From: Lama glama
Lineage: Eukaryota
Assembly (NCBI GenBank): GCA_028534125.1
Contig: CM052816.1
Location: 85,314,001-85,378,000, forward strand
DNA length: 64,000 nt
Direction of reading: 5' to 3'
Shown: positions 62,466 to 64,000 of the stretch, one piece after another
How the letters are laid out: each line of letters opens with the position of its first letter
How positions within the stretch are numbered: the first letter of the stretch is position 1
Translations under genes and position numbers: made by a program
Notes under the pieces: model-generated
Seen by the model: only the letters and a program-made list of their open reading frames with translations
Told to the model about the DNA's origin: nothing
Databases searched by the model: none

Positions 62466-64000
62466 GAAAATTACCTGGGGACTGTGGTGCTAGAGTTGGC
62501 AAAGAGTTGGAAACAAGGGCCCCTTTTGGTGACCAAGGCAAAGAGGGAAGAAAGGAAGATCAGGTATGGTGTAGTCAGAGCAGATGGTGTGTGACTGCCA
62601 GGGAGAAAGGAGAGTGAGATATCTGTAGCTCACGCTTGACCTAATCCCATTCAGAGGACTTGAACACCTACAAACGAAGGCAAAAAATCTACATGAGGTG
62701 TGGTTTTGCCCTGACTAAAGTGGTTATTTTTGACAACCATCAGGGGAGAACAGATTTACCAGGAGTGGGCAGAAGCCTTGTCAGTAGTGTTTGCTATGGG
62801 CTGAGCTCACACAACCTGGAGGTAGAAGACCTGAGAAGGATTGGACTTAGTCCCAGCAAGGGAAGGACCGATAACAGACTGCCAGAACCCTCCTTTGGAT
62901 TTGTAATGCTTAATGAAAATTGAAAGAATTATTATTGACTGCTGTGATTTCTGAGGGTGGGACTAGGGTTATAGCTCCACCCTGGCTAAACACTTTTACT
63001 TCAGAATCCATGGGTCTTTCTACTCTCATCAGCATTTGGCTAGCTTCATTTCTTTGTGTGCATGGTTGGTGTAAATACATTTTTACTTACCGTGAATTTA
63101 AAATAAATATAGTTTAATGTTTTAGAGTAAGCAAAATCTGTGATGCAGTATCAATCTGCCATATTAACCCAAAATTGTACTATTTTTTTGTTTCACCATT
63201 CAGTCTCTCTTTCCCTTTTTTTCTCTTCTTTTTCTCTCAAACATACATATATATTTGAAAATAATGGGAATTTTTATGTTGGTTAACATAATGTATAAAC
63301 TATGGCTTTGCTGTTTAAACTTCTTTGTAATTTAATGTAAAGAACTGAGCTAAATTAAAAAAAAAAAACCATGTATGGTTTGATAGGATTAACAATTGAC
63401 TCATCTTTCTTCAACTTTTGGTAACTTATCAGATATTATAGAGCATATAGTTGCTATTAGAGTGAGAATAAAAGTTGACATCAATTTATCCCACAAATTT
63501 TTAAGGTATAATATTCATACATGTCTTCCAGTGGTAGTTTCATTACAGTTGTAAAATTACTAGCCAGAAATTGAAGTGGAAAATGATGATATCAAGAGGA
63601 AGATATCCCAGGGAGAGAATTAATGTCAAAATAATTACATGGTTCACGGTCAAGGCTGTACGGTTATTAGCAACTCTAGAGAATCTAATTAAGTAAGTCA
63701 AAAATTGTGCTTAAGCCAGTTAAGTCGGAGTGTTTCTATGGCTTCTGAACAAATAGGTAACACCTAAAAGCTGAGAATGTACTCATTAATCAAAGAAACT
63801 GAAAATTATATCACACTGATTAAAACCACATGTAGTAAAAATGCCTATTTAGTCTTCTTTTAAAATTAGATCTTAGGAAAAGCTGAACTGCTACTAACTT
63901 TAATTCACTCCTATAATCAGACAAGTTTTTCATTTTATTATTCTTTTGCTACTATTTTTGATAATTACCTAATTTTCTTCAACTCCTTAGGCCCTCTTTT

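Noticed and set aside
1..64000. Prokaryotic-type or horizontally acquired system, NUMT, or processed host pseudogene
   Set aside because: I saw no gene-dense block, mitochondrial-like segment or recognisable host-protein retrocopy. A very diverged one could escape reading by eye; BLASTx of the repeat-masked window would settle it.

Overview
AT-rich mammalian non-coding DNA, intergenic or deep intronic. It is most likely camelid (alpaca/llama/camel). That inference rests on a tRNA-Ala-derived Vic-1-like SINE, young L1 3' UTRs I recall as camelid-type, and my not seeing Alu, BovB/Bov-tA or PRE-1 elements. I can support no host protein-coding gene, functional RNA gene or CRISPR array. The ORF track is explained by L1 or Tigger1 remnants, microsatellites, the 500-N gap (53213-53712) and chance ORFs. 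A large part of the window is transposable-element debris: L1s of several ages, L2, MIR, MaLR/ERVL/ERV1 solo LTRs, a near full-length Tigger1 and a Tigger4a piece. The best-supported oddities concern retrotransposition mechanism. There are three independent 5'-inverted (twin-primed) L1s, one with an apparent 15-nt 3' transduction. There is also a young ORF1-only L1 fragment ending in an A-rich tail with no target-site duplication (TSD), and two multi-level nested insertions. I found no convincing new biological system. Family names come from recognition of remembered consensus motifs, not from a database search, and the boundaries of old elements are approximate.
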